From the NCBI GenBank assembly GCA_007132715.1, contig SLOE01000050.1:4640-68639 (forward strand): a stretch of 64,000 bases of DNA, in the 5' to 3' direction. Below are positions 50,787-61,044 of the stretch, in pieces; positions within the stretch are counted from its first letter, which is position 1; each line of letters starts with the position of its first letter. The notes beneath the pieces were generated by a model. It made no database searches. It had not been told where the DNA came from and worked only from the letters and a program-made list of their open reading frames with translations. The DNA comes from Bacteroidales bacterium. GTDB taxonomy: Bacteria > Bacteroidota > Bacteroidia > Bacteroidales > PUMT01. The position numbers and the translations under genes are program-made.

Positions 50787-50985
50787 TTCCTTATCGTTTT
50801 ATGTTCAACAATCATATAAAACATAAAATTAAAGATTATAATGCCCAACACCAAATACCCAGGAACTGAATATTATTGTTTTATGCAATACACGGAAGAC
50901 GGAAAGGGTTAAGAATTCCGAAATCTGCCGGATACCTTCACAAAATCAAGTGTCCGGGTGACAGCACAGATTGTTGACACAGAAG

Positions 50986-51840
50986 TCAGAACCTGAGCGA
51001 CTTCAGGTAAGTGGCAGCAGATGCCAGACATGCCAGTCCGTCGACCACATTGTCCTTCTCAACGAAATAGTGCCTGATATCCTGGTCCACTGCCTCAGCA
51101 AGTACAGTGCCGAAATCGATTATGCCGCTTCCGGGACAGGCAAATGTCTCTTCCTCTCCCGGTGCCATGTCTTTGATATGGAGCAGGGGATACCTGCCGC
51201 GGTACTTCCTGAGTGTTTCAACCGGGTCGGCTCCACCTTTCCTGGTCCAGTAAATATCCAGTTCACACTTTACAAGTTGCTCATCGGTGTTCTCCATCAG
51301 GTAGTCAAACGGTACAACACCCTCTTCGGTGGCATGGAACTCAAGATCGTGATTGTGCCAGCAAAGGGTTAATCCCCGGCTCCTGCACACCTCACCGATC
51401 CTGTTCAACAGGTCGGCACTTGTCTTGCAGTCGTCGAGCGAAAGCGGGGCCCCTCCGAACCATGGCCAGTAAAGGACCGCATATTCAAGCTCAAGGGCGT
51501 TAAGCCTGTCCAGTGAGCGGTTCACCTCGTCCATGTTTTCTGAAAAAGTGGCGCCGCCTGCCACCACCTTCATCCCCAGGCTGCTCAGGTAACCCAGGAA
51601 GGATTGAGCCGAGTCGCCAAGGTAATTGCCTGTTTCAATCTCGGTGTAGCCCATGCCGGCGGTTGCTGCAAATACCTCCTGCCAGTCGCCGTCTCTCAGC
51701 TCATTTCTGATCATTCCGGTTATATAGCCTATGTTCTCAAGCTTCCTGACATCATCCCCGCAGGAAGTGAGGGTTTTCGGTATGAATGCCGCTGCCGTGC
51801 CGGCAGCAACGGTCTGGATAAACTTTCTTCTGTTAAGCAT
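50986..51840 (-). CDS. Sugar phosphate isomerase/epimerase (xylose isomerase-like TIM barrel) with a Tat signal
   Basis: 284-aa ORF with the twin-arginine motif NRRKFIQ. The TIM-barrel family is assigned from overall similarity only (moderate). Confidence 0.75.
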   Translation of the reverse strand: MLNRRKFIQTVAAGTAAAFIPKTLTSCGDDVRKLENIGYITGMIRNELRDGDWQEVFAATAGMGYTEIETGNYLGDSAQSFLGYLSSLGMKVVAGGATFSENMDEVNRSLDRLNALELEYAVLYWPWFGGAPLSLDDCKTSADLLNRIGEVCRSRGLTLCWHNHDLEFHATEEGVVPFDYLMENTDEQLVKCELDIYWTRKGGADPVETLRKYRGRYPLLHIKDMAPGEEETFACPGSGIIDFGTVLAEAVDQDIRHYFVEKDNVVDGLACLASAATYLKSLRF

Positions 51841-51851
51841 GGTTTTATGTT

Positions 51852-53186
51852 TTATCGGGTTATTTCGGGCAGTTTCCAGGGAGCCCTGTATGAAGGAGTA
51901 ACAAGTTCATTTGCCTTGTCGCTGTTTGTGAACCGGGAATTTACATCGTCCCAGACAAGCAATGATTCTCCTGTCCTTGCTGCAATATTCGGAACATGGA
52001 CATGGATTGCTGCTGCTCTGGCCGTTGAAGGTGGACATACCGGTTTTTCCCTTGATTTGATACAGTCAAGGAAATTTCTGACATGGTAGGGATGGGCCTC
52101 CCTGATACCGGAAATCTCTGTTGCATCTGCCTTATGACTTTGTGTTCCCCCATCCCATTCGGGTATGACCCTGTAGCCGTGCCTGTCGGTTATAACAGTA
52201 CCGTTGTCGCAAATAAATGCAACACCGTATGATTTACCCCAGGGTCCGCTTTGAATGCCCGCTGTCATCTCCCACGAGATGACATAATCCTTTTTAGGAT
52301 AGACTACCGTCATGGTGTCAAATGTTTCACGCTGCCTTTGCTGTCCGCTGTTGTTTGTTGCAAAGGTCATCACCTCTTCAGGTGCATCGATCAGGTCATT
52401 TACCCAGAGGCCCATGTCGATCAGGTGCACACCCCAGTCCGACATCAGTCCCCCGCCATAATCCCAGTAATGCCTCCATGAGCCGTGAAAGCGGCTCCTG
52501 TTAAAGGGTCTTTCGGGAGCAGGCCCAAGCCACATGTTGTAATCAACACCTTCGGGTACGGGTTCGTCATCCCTGAAGGGGGTGCCCAGTCCGTAGTTGA
52601 AGTTGCCCCATATCTTGACTTTTCTCAGTTTACCCAGTGAACCATTCCGTACCAGCCCGATGCTCTCCCTGAAGGCACGGTTGCTGCGTTGCTGCTGCCC
52701 CACCTGTACTATCTGGTTGTATCTGTCTGCAGCACTTACCATAATATTGCATTCGCCAATGGTGTTGGCCAGGGGTTTCTCGATGTACACGTCCTTGCCT
52801 GCCTGCAGGCAGTATACCATGTTCAGGCAGTGCCAGTGGTCGGGTGTGCCGATGATTACCGCATCAATGTCACTTTGCTCCAGCATCTTTCTGAAGTCGC
52901 TGTAGAGAGTGGGTTGCTGGTTGTATTCTTTCCTGATAGTTTCTGCACGCTCGTTGAGCACTCCCTCGTCTACATCACACATGGCTACACACCTGGTGTC
53001 TTCATTATCAAGATGGTCCCTCAGTATCTTGAAGCCAAAGTTCCTGCAGCCGATAACTGCAATATTGATCCTGTCGCTCGGTGCAACACGGGCGGCCCAT
53101 ACCCCGGAGGGGATCACTGTTGCCAGTCCGATCCCCGCTGAAGCCGCGGCAGTCTTACGTAAGAAATTCCTTCTGTTAATATCCAT
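51852..53186 (-). CDS. Gfo/Idh/MocA family oxidoreductase with a Tat signal
   Basis: The ORF is open to 53342, but the ATG at 53186 gives MDINRRNFLRKTAAASAG (Tat motif). It has a Rossmann motif (INIAVIGCRNFG) and EKP. Confidence 0.85.
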   Translation of the reverse strand: MDINRRNFLRKTAAASAGIGLATVIPSGVWAARVAPSDRINIAVIGCRNFGFKILRDHLDNEDTRCVAMCDVDEGVLNERAETIRKEYNQQPTLYSDFRKMLEQSDIDAVIIGTPDHWHCLNMVYCLQAGKDVYIEKPLANTIGECNIMVSAADRYNQIVQVGQQQRSNRAFRESIGLVRNGSLGKLRKVKIWGNFNYGLGTPFRDDEPVPEGVDYNMWLGPAPERPFNRSRFHGSWRHYWDYGGGLMSDWGVHLIDMGLWVNDLIDAPEEVMTFATNNSGQQRQRETFDTMTVVYPKKDYVISWEMTAGIQSGPWGKSYGVAFICDNGTVITDRHGYRVIPEWDGGTQSHKADATEISGIREAHPYHVRNFLDCIKSREKPVCPPSTARAAAIHVHVPNIAARTGESLLVWDDVNSRFTNSDKANELVTPSYRAPWKLPEITR

Positions 53187-53451
53187 GTTTAGAGATTTGG
53201 TAGGTATTGGGTTATTAAATGGTACTGCACCGAAAAATACAACGTTTATGTATAATATCAGCATAAACCGGTAAATTTTTTTAACAGAGACCGAAAGGCA
53301 GGGATGTAAGAGATCCCTGCCGGGCGGAGTTAATAAAGCCATTACTTTCGCAGTCTTTAAGGTAAGTATGCATTTGAAGTAAAAAAAGGTTATTTTTAGG
53401 GTTTGATAGAAAAAGCTGCCTTTTATAGAGGGGCACAGTAAAAATTTAGAA

Positions 53452-54570
53452 ATGCAGGTAAAATTTCCGGCTTATTTTAAGCTTGTTGTTATCCTTGCCG
53501 GGATGGTGCTTATAGTTATTATAATGCGTTCGGCCAAGATAGTGCTTGTGCCCCTGTTGATATCTGGACTTCTTGCCATACTTATCAGCCCGTTCACATC
53601 CTGGCAGGAGAGGAAGGGTATTCCTTCACTACTCGCCGTCTCAACCAGCCTGATAGCCCTTCTTGCCGCTATTACAGGTATTATTTATTTCTTTTACAAC
53701 CAGCTGCTTGGGTTCTCCCGGGACCTTAGTGCGCTGGAGAGCCGGGTTGAAGAGATCATAGGGGCTGCCAATGATTTTATTACTGACAACTTTGAAGGTG
53801 TTGTGCCCATTTCGATTGACAGCATCAAAGACACCCTTTTCCAGCAGGTTTATGAGAATATGGATGCCCTTACACAGGGCATAATTGCAACTGCCGGGAC
53901 GGTAACCATGATATTCATAATGCCTGTTTACATATTTCTTTTTCTCTATTTCAGGAAGTTCCTGGTGGAGTTTGTGCGGCGTGCTTTTTCCGATCATCAC
54001 AGGGAGAAGGTTTCACGGGTGATCAACAGTGTTCAGGGGGTTGTACAGAACTATATCAAGGGGATGTTTGTGGTGATCTGTATACTGGCCGTTCTAAACA
54101 GCATCGCCCTATACAGCCTCGGGATCCGTCATGCCATGCTCTTTGCAGTTTTTGCAGCTTTTCTGAATGTTATCCCTTTCCTCGGTCCGTTCATAGGCGC
54201 CACACTGCCTATTCTCTTTGCGTTGCTGACAAAGGACTCTCTATGGTATCCCATAGGGGTATTCCTTGCATTTTATGTCATTCAGCTGATGGAAAGTAAT
54301 ATCTTCACTCCAAAGATCGTTGGAGGAAAGGTCTCTATGAATCCGCTTATGACTATAATTGCACTGTTCATTGGGAATTTTATCTGGGGACTTGCGGGTA
54401 TGATACTGTTCATACCGGGGATGGCGGTACTTAAGGTGATATTTGACGAGATTGAGGGTATGGAACCTTACGGATTCCTTCTGGGTAAGGTGAGCGACAG
54501 CAATGCTGCCACCACCGGGAAACGGGAATACAAACTTCTTGCCGAGATCAAGAAGCGTATGAAATTTTAA
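53452..54570 (+). CDS. AI-2E family transporter (PerM/YhhT-like)
   Basis: 372-aa polytopic ORF with NVIPFLGPFIG, typical of the family. Confidence 0.85.
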   Translation: MQVKFPAYFKLVVILAGMVLIVIIMRSAKIVLVPLLISGLLAILISPFTSWQERKGIPSLLAVSTSLIALLAAITGIIYFFYNQLLGFSRDLSALESRVEEIIGAANDFITDNFEGVVPISIDSIKDTLFQQVYENMDALTQGIIATAGTVTMIFIMPVYIFLFLYFRKFLVEFVRRAFSDHHREKVSRVINSVQGVVQNYIKGMFVVICILAVLNSIALYSLGIRHAMLFAVFAAFLNVIPFLGPFIGATLPILFALLTKDSLWYPIGVFLAFYVIQLMESNIFTPKIVGGKVSMNPLMTIIALFIGNFIWGLAGMILFIPGMAVLKVIFDEIEGMEPYGFLLGKVSDSNAATTGKREYKLLAEIKKRMKF

Positions 54571-54631
54571 AATGGGTTTGAAATAACAAACTGAGTTAAG
54601 TGAAACTAGCTTAAACAATAAACAACAGATT

Positions 54632-55351
54632 ATGAGAGTACTTAATTTATGGCTTATTGCAGCACTTGTTCTCTCTTCAGGCATATCAAATGCCCAGTCG
54701 CGCGACGAGGTTATGGCGCTCCACCTGGAAGCTACAGGTCAGAAGCTGCTCAGCGAGGTTAACCGGATGCAAATTACCGGTACCGCGGTGCAGATGGGGA
54801 GGGAGGTGCCCTTTATTACAATCCGGGCCAGACCTGACAAGGTATACAACGAAGCTACCATTGAAGGGATGAAGGTTATCCAGGCTTTTGACGGGACCAC
54901 GGGGTGGGTAGTCGAGCCATGGTTAAGTGAGGAGCCCCGCGAACTTACCGAAGATGAACTGGCGAATGTCATGCGGACAAGCGAAATAGACAGCGACCTG
55001 TTCAACTGGAGAAGAAGGGGGCGCGAATTACACCTGGTGGGTGTTGAAACTTTTGAGGGCCGCGAGGTTTATAAACTGGAGCTTTTTATCTCTGAGGAAT
55101 ATAACTACTTATACTACCTGGATACGGAAACATTCCTTATTACGAAGATTGTTAACCGAAGCATGAGCCCGAGTGGTGATCTGCTTGAAGGAGAGACAAA
55201 AATAGTTGATTACATGAGGGTTAACGACATAATGTTCCCCGCCAGGACAGAGTTCCGGTTCGGGGGGCAGTTGCAGATGATCAACCTTGTTGAGGAGATA
55301 CAGATAAACCCTCCAATAGATGACCGTATTTTCTCAATTCCTAATGACTGA
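54632..55351 (+). CDS. Secreted hypothetical protein, LolA-like/outer-membrane lipoprotein-sorting fold suspected
   Basis: 239-aa ORF with a signal peptide (ALVLSSGISNAQS). The beta-rich sequence has GTTGWVVEPW. The family call is tentative. Confidence 0.45.
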   Translation: MRVLNLWLIAALVLSSGISNAQSRDEVMALHLEATGQKLLSEVNRMQITGTAVQMGREVPFITIRARPDKVYNEATIEGMKVIQAFDGTTGWVVEPWLSEEPRELTEDELANVMRTSEIDSDLFNWRRRGRELHLVGVETFEGREVYKLELFISEEYNYLYYLDTETFLITKIVNRSMSPSGDLLEGETKIVDYMRVNDIMFPARTEFRFGGQLQMINLVEEIQINPPIDDRIFSIPND

Positions 55352-55359
55352 ATATACGC

Positions 55360-58314
55360 GTGCAGGAACCCACCGGAGATCTTGATCTTGTGTCACTGGA
55401 CAGGGAGCTGGCCGGAGAGCTCCTTTGCGATAAGGTGACCAGGCTGCTTTATGCTACAGACGCTTCGGTTTACAGGGAACTTCCAATTGCCGTATGCCAA
55501 CCGGTTAATGAGACTGATATCATTAAACTTGTCAGGTTTGCCTCGACGAACGGCTTGTCCGTTATACCACGGGGTGCCGGTACATCCCTGGCCGGGCAGG
55601 TTGTTGGCAACGGTATTGTTGCAGACGTATCCAGGTATATGAACCGGATCATCGAGTTCAATGCCGAAGAGAGGTGGGTAAGGGTTGAACCGGGGGTAGT
55701 GCTGGATGAACTTAACCAGTATCTCAGTCCCCACGGTCTCTTCTTCGGTCCCGAAACATCCACTTCAAACCGTTGCATCATCGGCGGAATGCTTGGCAAC
55801 AACTCCTGCGGTGCCCATTCGCTGATATACGGAAGCACCAGGGAACATACCCTGGAGGTGAGGGCCGTACTTTCAGACGGCAGCACTGCCGTTTTCGGAA
55901 GCATGACTACTGAGCAGTTCAAATACATGTGCAGGGGAGGGAATCTTGAGAACAGGATTTACAGGCATATCGACAAGACGTTGGGAGACAGCCGCACAGC
56001 CGCCCGTATAAGGAGCGGGTACCCCGATCATCGGGTGACACGCCGGAACACCGGTTATGCCCTTGATCTTCTGCTGGAGACGGCACCCTTTACCGATGGC
56101 GGCAAAGATATAAACCTCTGCACCCTGCTGGCAGGTTCTGAGGGCACCCTTGCCTTTACAACCGAGATCAAGCTTAACCTGGTCCCGCTGCCTCCTCCCT
56201 GCAAGGCACTGGTATGTGCGCACTTCAATACCCGTGAGGAAGCGCTGAGGGCGACCCGGCTGGCTCTTGAGTTCGGTCCGGGTGCGGTCGAGATGATGGA
56301 TGACATCATACTGAGACTTACCAGCGATAATATTGAGCAGAGGAAGAACCGCTTCTTCATTGAGGGAGCCCCGGCTGCCATACTGATAATTGAATTTACG
56401 GGAGAGACAGACGACCGGATCATTCAAACGGCCTCTGCCATGGAGAAGCGTATGAGGGATGCCGGTTACGGCTATCATTTTCCCGTCATCACGGGTAAAG
56501 ATATTCCCAGGGTGTGGAGCCTCAGGAAAGCCGGACTGGGAGTGCTGTCGACCATGAAAGGGGATGCCAAGCCGGTATCTCTGATCGAGGATACATCGGT
56601 GAGAGTGGATGTGCTGCCGGAGTATATTGACGAGGTGAATGCCCTGCTTGGAAAGTACGGCAAGGAGGTGGTTTTTCATGCCCATGTGGGGTCGGGAGAG
56701 CTTCATATGCGGCCGGTACTGAACCTGAAAGATCCCGTCGATGTCGATCTTTTTTACAGGATAGGCAGGGATGTAGCTCTTCTGGTAAGGAAATACCGCG
56801 GCTCCCTCAGCGGCGAGCATGGCGACGGGCGTCTCAGGGGAGAGTTCATTCCCCTGGTCCTTGGAGAGGATAATTACAGTCTGTTATGCGAGCTTAAGGA
56901 AATCTGGGATCCGCAGGGTGTGTTCAACCCGGGCAAGATAACCGGAACTCCACCCATGAACACCCATCTTCGTTATGTTCCCGGGAGGGAGGTGAACGAA
57001 TACGAGACCCTGTTTGATTTTTCACCCTGGGGAGGAATAGTCCGTTTTACCGAGCAATGCAATGGATCGGGTGACTGCCGCAAGAGTGAGAAAGCAGGAG
57101 GGACCATGTGCCCCAGCTTCATGGCAACGAGGGATGAACATGCGACCACCAGGGCCAGGGCAAACCTCATGAGGGAATTCCTTACTAATCAACCGGGCAG
57201 TGACCCGTTCAGCAGCAGGGAACTTTATGATATTTTGGACCTTTGTCTCTCATGCAAGGGGTGTAAGTCGGAGTGCCCCTCTAACGTCGATATGGCTAAG
57301 CTTAAAGCCGAGTTCCTTCAGCACTGGTACGATGCAAACGGCGCTCCCCTCAGGTCCCGGCTGGTTGCCAACATTACCCTGATAAACAGGATCGGATCAG
57401 TATGGCCCGGATTGTTCAATGCTGTTGTAAGCAACCCTGCCGTTTCGAAACTGGTAAAAACTCTTGCCGGGTTTGCACCTGAAAGGAGCATACCCCGGCT
57501 GCACTCCCAAACCCTCCGTGGGTGGATGCGCCGTTACCGGTTCAGGATAGACGGCGGTGACCACCACAATGGCAGGGTGCTTCTTTTTGCAGATGAGTTT
57601 ACCGGTTACAATGACGTGCATGTGGGCATCAGGGCCGTTATGCTGCTCGACCGCCTCGGTTACCGTACTGACATTAGGAAACACGGTGTGAGCGGACGTA
57701 CATTCATCTCCAAGGGTTTCCTGCGCAGGGCCAGGAAGATCGCACACAGGAACATTGAACTTTTTTCAGGCATATCAGTCAATTATGTTGCGATTGTCGG
57801 TATAGAACCTTCAGCCATCCTCACCTTCAGGGATGAATATCCCGATCTTGCAGGGCGTGAGTTTACCGACAGGGCCAAAAAGCTGGCCGGATCAGTATTC
57901 ATGATTGATGAATTCATTGCATCTGAGTCCGACAAAGGAAAGATAACAACCGGGCAGTTTACCCGGGAGCCGGCAGAAGTGCTTCTGCACGGCCATTGCC
58001 AGCAGAAGGCGGTGGCTTCAACCGCCCCGGCCATTAAGATGCTTTCCCTTCCGGAGAATTACAGGGTGAGGGAGATCCCGTCAGGATGCTGCGGCATGGC
58101 CGGATCATTCGGGTATGAGAAGGAACATTATGAGTTGTCTGTGAAGGTAGGCGAGCTGGTACTCTTTCCTGAAGTTAGGGCAGCTTCTCCCGGTACCCTG
58201 ATAGCTGCACCCGGCACGAGTTGCAGGCACCACATAACCGACGGCACCGGGAGAAAGGCCCTTCACCCCGTTGAGATCCTGTATGACGCACTCACACAGT
58301 CGCCAGAAACCTGA
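55360..58314 (+). CDS. FAD-linked oxidase fused to Fe-S/CCG domains (YdiJ/GlcD-GlcF-like D-2-hydroxyacid dehydrogenase)
   Basis: 984-aa ORF with a GTG start. It has an FAD-binding PCMH region (VIPRGAGTSLAGQ), a ferredoxin-type CxxCxxCxxxCP (CLSCKGCKSECP) and the CCG motif SGCCGMAGSFG. Confidence 0.9.
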   Translation: MQEPTGDLDLVSLDRELAGELLCDKVTRLLYATDASVYRELPIAVCQPVNETDIIKLVRFASTNGLSVIPRGAGTSLAGQVVGNGIVADVSRYMNRIIEFNAEERWVRVEPGVVLDELNQYLSPHGLFFGPETSTSNRCIIGGMLGNNSCGAHSLIYGSTREHTLEVRAVLSDGSTAVFGSMTTEQFKYMCRGGNLENRIYRHIDKTLGDSRTAARIRSGYPDHRVTRRNTGYALDLLLETAPFTDGGKDINLCTLLAGSEGTLAFTTEIKLNLVPLPPPCKALVCAHFNTREEALRATRLALEFGPGAVEMMDDIILRLTSDNIEQRKNRFFIEGAPAAILIIEFTGETDDRIIQTASAMEKRMRDAGYGYHFPVITGKDIPRVWSLRKAGLGVLSTMKGDAKPVSLIEDTSVRVDVLPEYIDEVNALLGKYGKEVVFHAHVGSGELHMRPVLNLKDPVDVDLFYRIGRDVALLVRKYRGSLSGEHGDGRLRGEFIPLVLGEDNYSLLCELKEIWDPQGVFNPGKITGTPPMNTHLRYVPGREVNEYETLFDFSPWGGIVRFTEQCNGSGDCRKSEKAGGTMCPSFMATRDEHATTRARANLMREFLTNQPGSDPFSSRELYDILDLCLSCKGCKSECPSNVDMAKLKAEFLQHWYDANGAPLRSRLVANITLINRIGSVWPGLFNAVVSNPAVSKLVKTLAGFAPERSIPRLHSQTLRGWMRRYRFRIDGGDHHNGRVLLFADEFTGYNDVHVGIRAVMLLDRLGYRTDIRKHGVSGRTFISKGFLRRARKIAHRNIELFSGISVNYVAIVGIEPSAILTFRDEYPDLAGREFTDRAKKLAGSVFMIDEFIASESDKGKITTGQFTREPAEVLLHGHCQQKAVASTAPAIKMLSLPENYRVREIPSGCCGMAGSFGYEKEHYELSVKVGELVLFPEVRAASPGTLIAAPGTSCRHHITDGTGRKALHPVEILYDALTQSPET

Positions 58315-58391
58315 CTTTTATCTTGTTGTAATCAAAAGTCAAGTGTTAGCTTTGTGTACCGTTTCCCTTGTCTCGGACCTATTGCAAACGC

Positions 58392-59819
58392 ATGAACACC
58401 TATCTGACGGTCATATTAAGCTATTTCCTCTTCATAATACTTGTATCGCTTTTTACCCGGCGTATTGCCAGCAGGTCGGCCGCCGATTTCCTGGTGGCTG
58501 GCAGGAACCTGGGACTGATTGCATGTGCGGTAGTGGTAGCCTCGGAGTGGCTTGGCGGTATGAGCACCATCGGGGTCAGTGAAAAAGCCTTTACCTCGGG
58601 CACGATGCAGCCGGTGCTCTACAATATTTCCACTGCCATTGGTATGATCATCATAGGGTTTACCGTTGCCCGCCATTACCGGGAGAAGAACGTGCATACG
58701 GTAAGCGAGATGCTTGAGAGTCTTTTCGGCAGGCGTACAAGGAGTGTCTCGGCCGTTGCATTCCTTGCAGCCTACATCACCCTTTCATATGTGCAGCTGC
58801 AGACCTGTGCAAGTGTCCTTGGCCCCCTTTTCGACATAAGCTGGATCAACGCAGTGCTTATATCGTCGATAGTGATAACCGCCTACACCTATGTGGGCGG
58901 TATGCACGCGCTGGCGATCACAGGGATCATACATGTAGCAGCTATGTTCATCGGCATAGGTATTGCTCTCATTGTGGGACTGGACAAGATGACCGGCTTC
59001 GCATCTCTTTCTTCGCGTCTCGTGGAGCTGGGGTCGCCTGCCAACTGGTACATTCCCTTCAGCGGAGGCATGTCGTATGCCATGTCACTTATAGTCGGCG
59101 GGGTGCTGGGCGGTATGGCCGGCCAGGCCAGCATACAGCCCATATTTGCCGCACGCAATGTAAAGACGGCAAGGAATTCTGCAATCCTTTCGAGCCTTAT
59201 CATTGCCCCTTTCGGGATCATGGTGGCACTGCTGGGTCTCATTGCAATGACAGGCTACTTTATAGATGCTGAAGCGGTTACAAATCCCAAGATGGTGCTG
59301 CCCACCCTGCTGACGACTAAAGAGTTCATTCACCCCTTTTTCGGTGGACTGGCACTGGCGGGTATACTGGCTGCCATTCTCTCAACGGTGGGTCCGGTAA
59401 ACTTCGCGGTGGTGACCATAGCCACCAAGGATATCTACCACAGCCTGATAAACAGGACGGCGGTGGACCAGAAGATAGTTGCCACAGCGCGCAGGCTGGT
59501 CATCCTTGTCAACTTCGTAACGATTCCCATGGCGATATTCATTCACGGTGCAATACTTGATGCTGCATATGTCTCCTACGCAATAAGGGCCATCGGGGCC
59601 ATAGTGATTCTGCTGGGTATTTACCGCAGGGGCTGGATAAGCTCTGAAGGAGTAAGGTGGGCTTTCGCCGGAGGTACGGTGGCTGTGCTCCTTGCAGTGG
59701 CCGGCAATAAAATGGGCTGGTTCAGGATAGAGGAGACCTTTGTAGGTGTGGGCTCGGCGGTACTGTTTATAGTAGCCGGCAACATCAGGGAGAAGCTCAG
59801 ACGATCAGGGTCTCGTTAA
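58392..59819 (+). CDS. Sodium:solute symporter family transporter
   Basis: Polytopic ORF that is open from the TTG at 58368, with an ATG at 58392. FLVAGRNLG and the overall SSF-like topology support the call. Confidence 0.85.
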   Translation: MNTYLTVILSYFLFIILVSLFTRRIASRSAADFLVAGRNLGLIACAVVVASEWLGGMSTIGVSEKAFTSGTMQPVLYNISTAIGMIIIGFTVARHYREKNVHTVSEMLESLFGRRTRSVSAVAFLAAYITLSYVQLQTCASVLGPLFDISWINAVLISSIVITAYTYVGGMHALAITGIIHVAAMFIGIGIALIVGLDKMTGFASLSSRLVELGSPANWYIPFSGGMSYAMSLIVGGVLGGMAGQASIQPIFAARNVKTARNSAILSSLIIAPFGIMVALLGLIAMTGYFIDAEAVTNPKMVLPTLLTTKEFIHPFFGGLALAGILAAILSTVGPVNFAVVTIATKDIYHSLINRTAVDQKIVATARRLVILVNFVTIPMAIFIHGAILDAAYVSYAIRAIGAIVILLGIYRRGWISSEGVRWAFAGGTVAVLLAVAGNKMGWFRIEETFVGVGSAVLFIVAGNIREKLRRSGSR

Positions 59820-59820
59820 A

Positions 59821-61044
59821 ATGTTATTTTGTATGGAAACTCCGTTAAAGGGTATTATGGTTACCGAGCTTGCAAATGTGCTGGCCGGTCCCAGTGTAGG
59901 CCTGTTCCTGGCCGAGATGGGTGCAACGGTGATCAAGGTTGAGAACGTAAGGTCGTGCGGCGACGTGACCAGGCACTGGAAACTTCCGGTGGAGGACCCG
60001 GATACCGATATATCAAGCTACTTCTCATGCGTTAACTGGGGAAAGCAGTCCCTCGCCGTTGACATGACCACCGGCGACGGACTGGAGGTGGTCCGCCGCC
60101 TGGTGTGCAAAAGCGATATCCTTCTTGCCAGCTACAAACCCGGCGACGCCGAAAAGCTGAAGGTGGACTACAACTCGCTTAAGGCCCTTAACGAAAACCT
60201 TATTTATGCGCACGTGACAGGTTACGGCTCAGGAAATCCCCGGGCGGGATATGATGCCATCATACAGGCTGAGAGCGGTTTTACCTATATGAACGGTGAG
60301 CCCGGCGGCAATCCGACCAAGATGCCGGTTGCACTGATGGATGTGCTGGCGGCTCACCAGATGAAGGAGGCCATACTGCTGGCCCTGCTTTCCCGTGAAA
60401 GGGGAGGCGGGGGACAGTTTATAGAGGCTTCGCTTCTCAAATCGGGCGTTGCGTCTCTGGCCAACCAGGCCACAAACTGGCTGGTCGGCCGGTCGATACC
60501 CCGGAGGATGGGGTCGGACCATCCTAACATAGTGCCGTACGGTACCATCTTTTCAACTGCCGATGGCAAAGAGATAGTGCTTGCTGTGGGCACCGACAAA
60601 CAGTTCGGCGAGCTGTGCCGTCTGCTGGGGAGACCGGAGCTGGCGGAGGATGGTAAGTTTATTAAGAATTACAACAGGGTTGTCAACAGCGAAGAGCTCA
60701 AGAGGGTGCTCCAGGAACTCATAGGCAGGTATGAAAGAAAAGAGATACTTGAGCTGCTGGAGAGCAGGCGGGTTCCTGCAGGCGGGGTGTTTAACATGAA
60801 AGAGGTTTTTGAAACGCCCGAAGCAGCCGCGATGCTGATTGAGGCGCCATTCAACTCAGGATCGATAAAGGGGGTCAGCTCCGTTGGTTTTTCATCGGAC
60901 CGGATAGAGGTGGCCAAGAACCTGCTGCCGCCCCCGCACTATGGTGAACACAGCAAACAGATACTGACAACCCTGCTGGGATATTCCGGGGTCAGGATCG
61001 ATGAACTTCTGAAAAACAATGTTATATATGCAAGCAAAGAATGA
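59821..61044 (+). CDS. Family III CoA-transferase (CaiB/BaiF/Frc-like)
   Basis: 407-aa ORF with VTELANVLAGPSVGLFLAEMGATVIKVE and PVALMDVLA (catalytic Asp region). Confidence 0.88.
   Translation: MLFCMETPLKGIMVTELANVLAGPSVGLFLAEMGATVIKVENVRSCGDVTRHWKLPVEDPDTDISSYFSCVNWGKQSLAVDMTTGDGLEVVRRLVCKSDILLASYKPGDAEKLKVDYNSLKALNENLIYAHVTGYGSGNPRAGYDAIIQAESGFTYMNGEPGGNPTKMPVALMDVLAAHQMKEAILLALLSRERGGGGQFIEASLLKSGVASLANQATNWLVGRSIPRRMGSDHPNIVPYGTIFSTADGKEIVLAVGTDKQFGELCRLLGRPELAEDGKFIKNYNRVVNSEELKRVLQELIGRYERKEILELLESRRVPAGGVFNMKEVFETPEAAAMLIEAPFNSGSIKGVSSVGFSSDRIEVAKNLLPPPHYGEHSKQILTTLLGYSGVRIDELLKNNVIYASKE

Noticed and set aside
50787-50985. Fur box or iron-responsive operator upstream of the EncFtn-encapsulin pair
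   Set aside because: The region is AT-rich and contains ATAAT-like words. I could not find a convincing 19-bp palindrome of the GATAATGATAATCATTATC type, and Bacteroidota Fur sites are not well enough defined to call one by eye.
55873-56820. 315-aa minus-strand ORF inside the FAD/Fe-S oxidase gene. The same applies to 15443-16195 inside aroC and 27023-27685 inside ligA.
   Set aside because: All of these lie antisense to strongly supported genes and lack recognisable domains.
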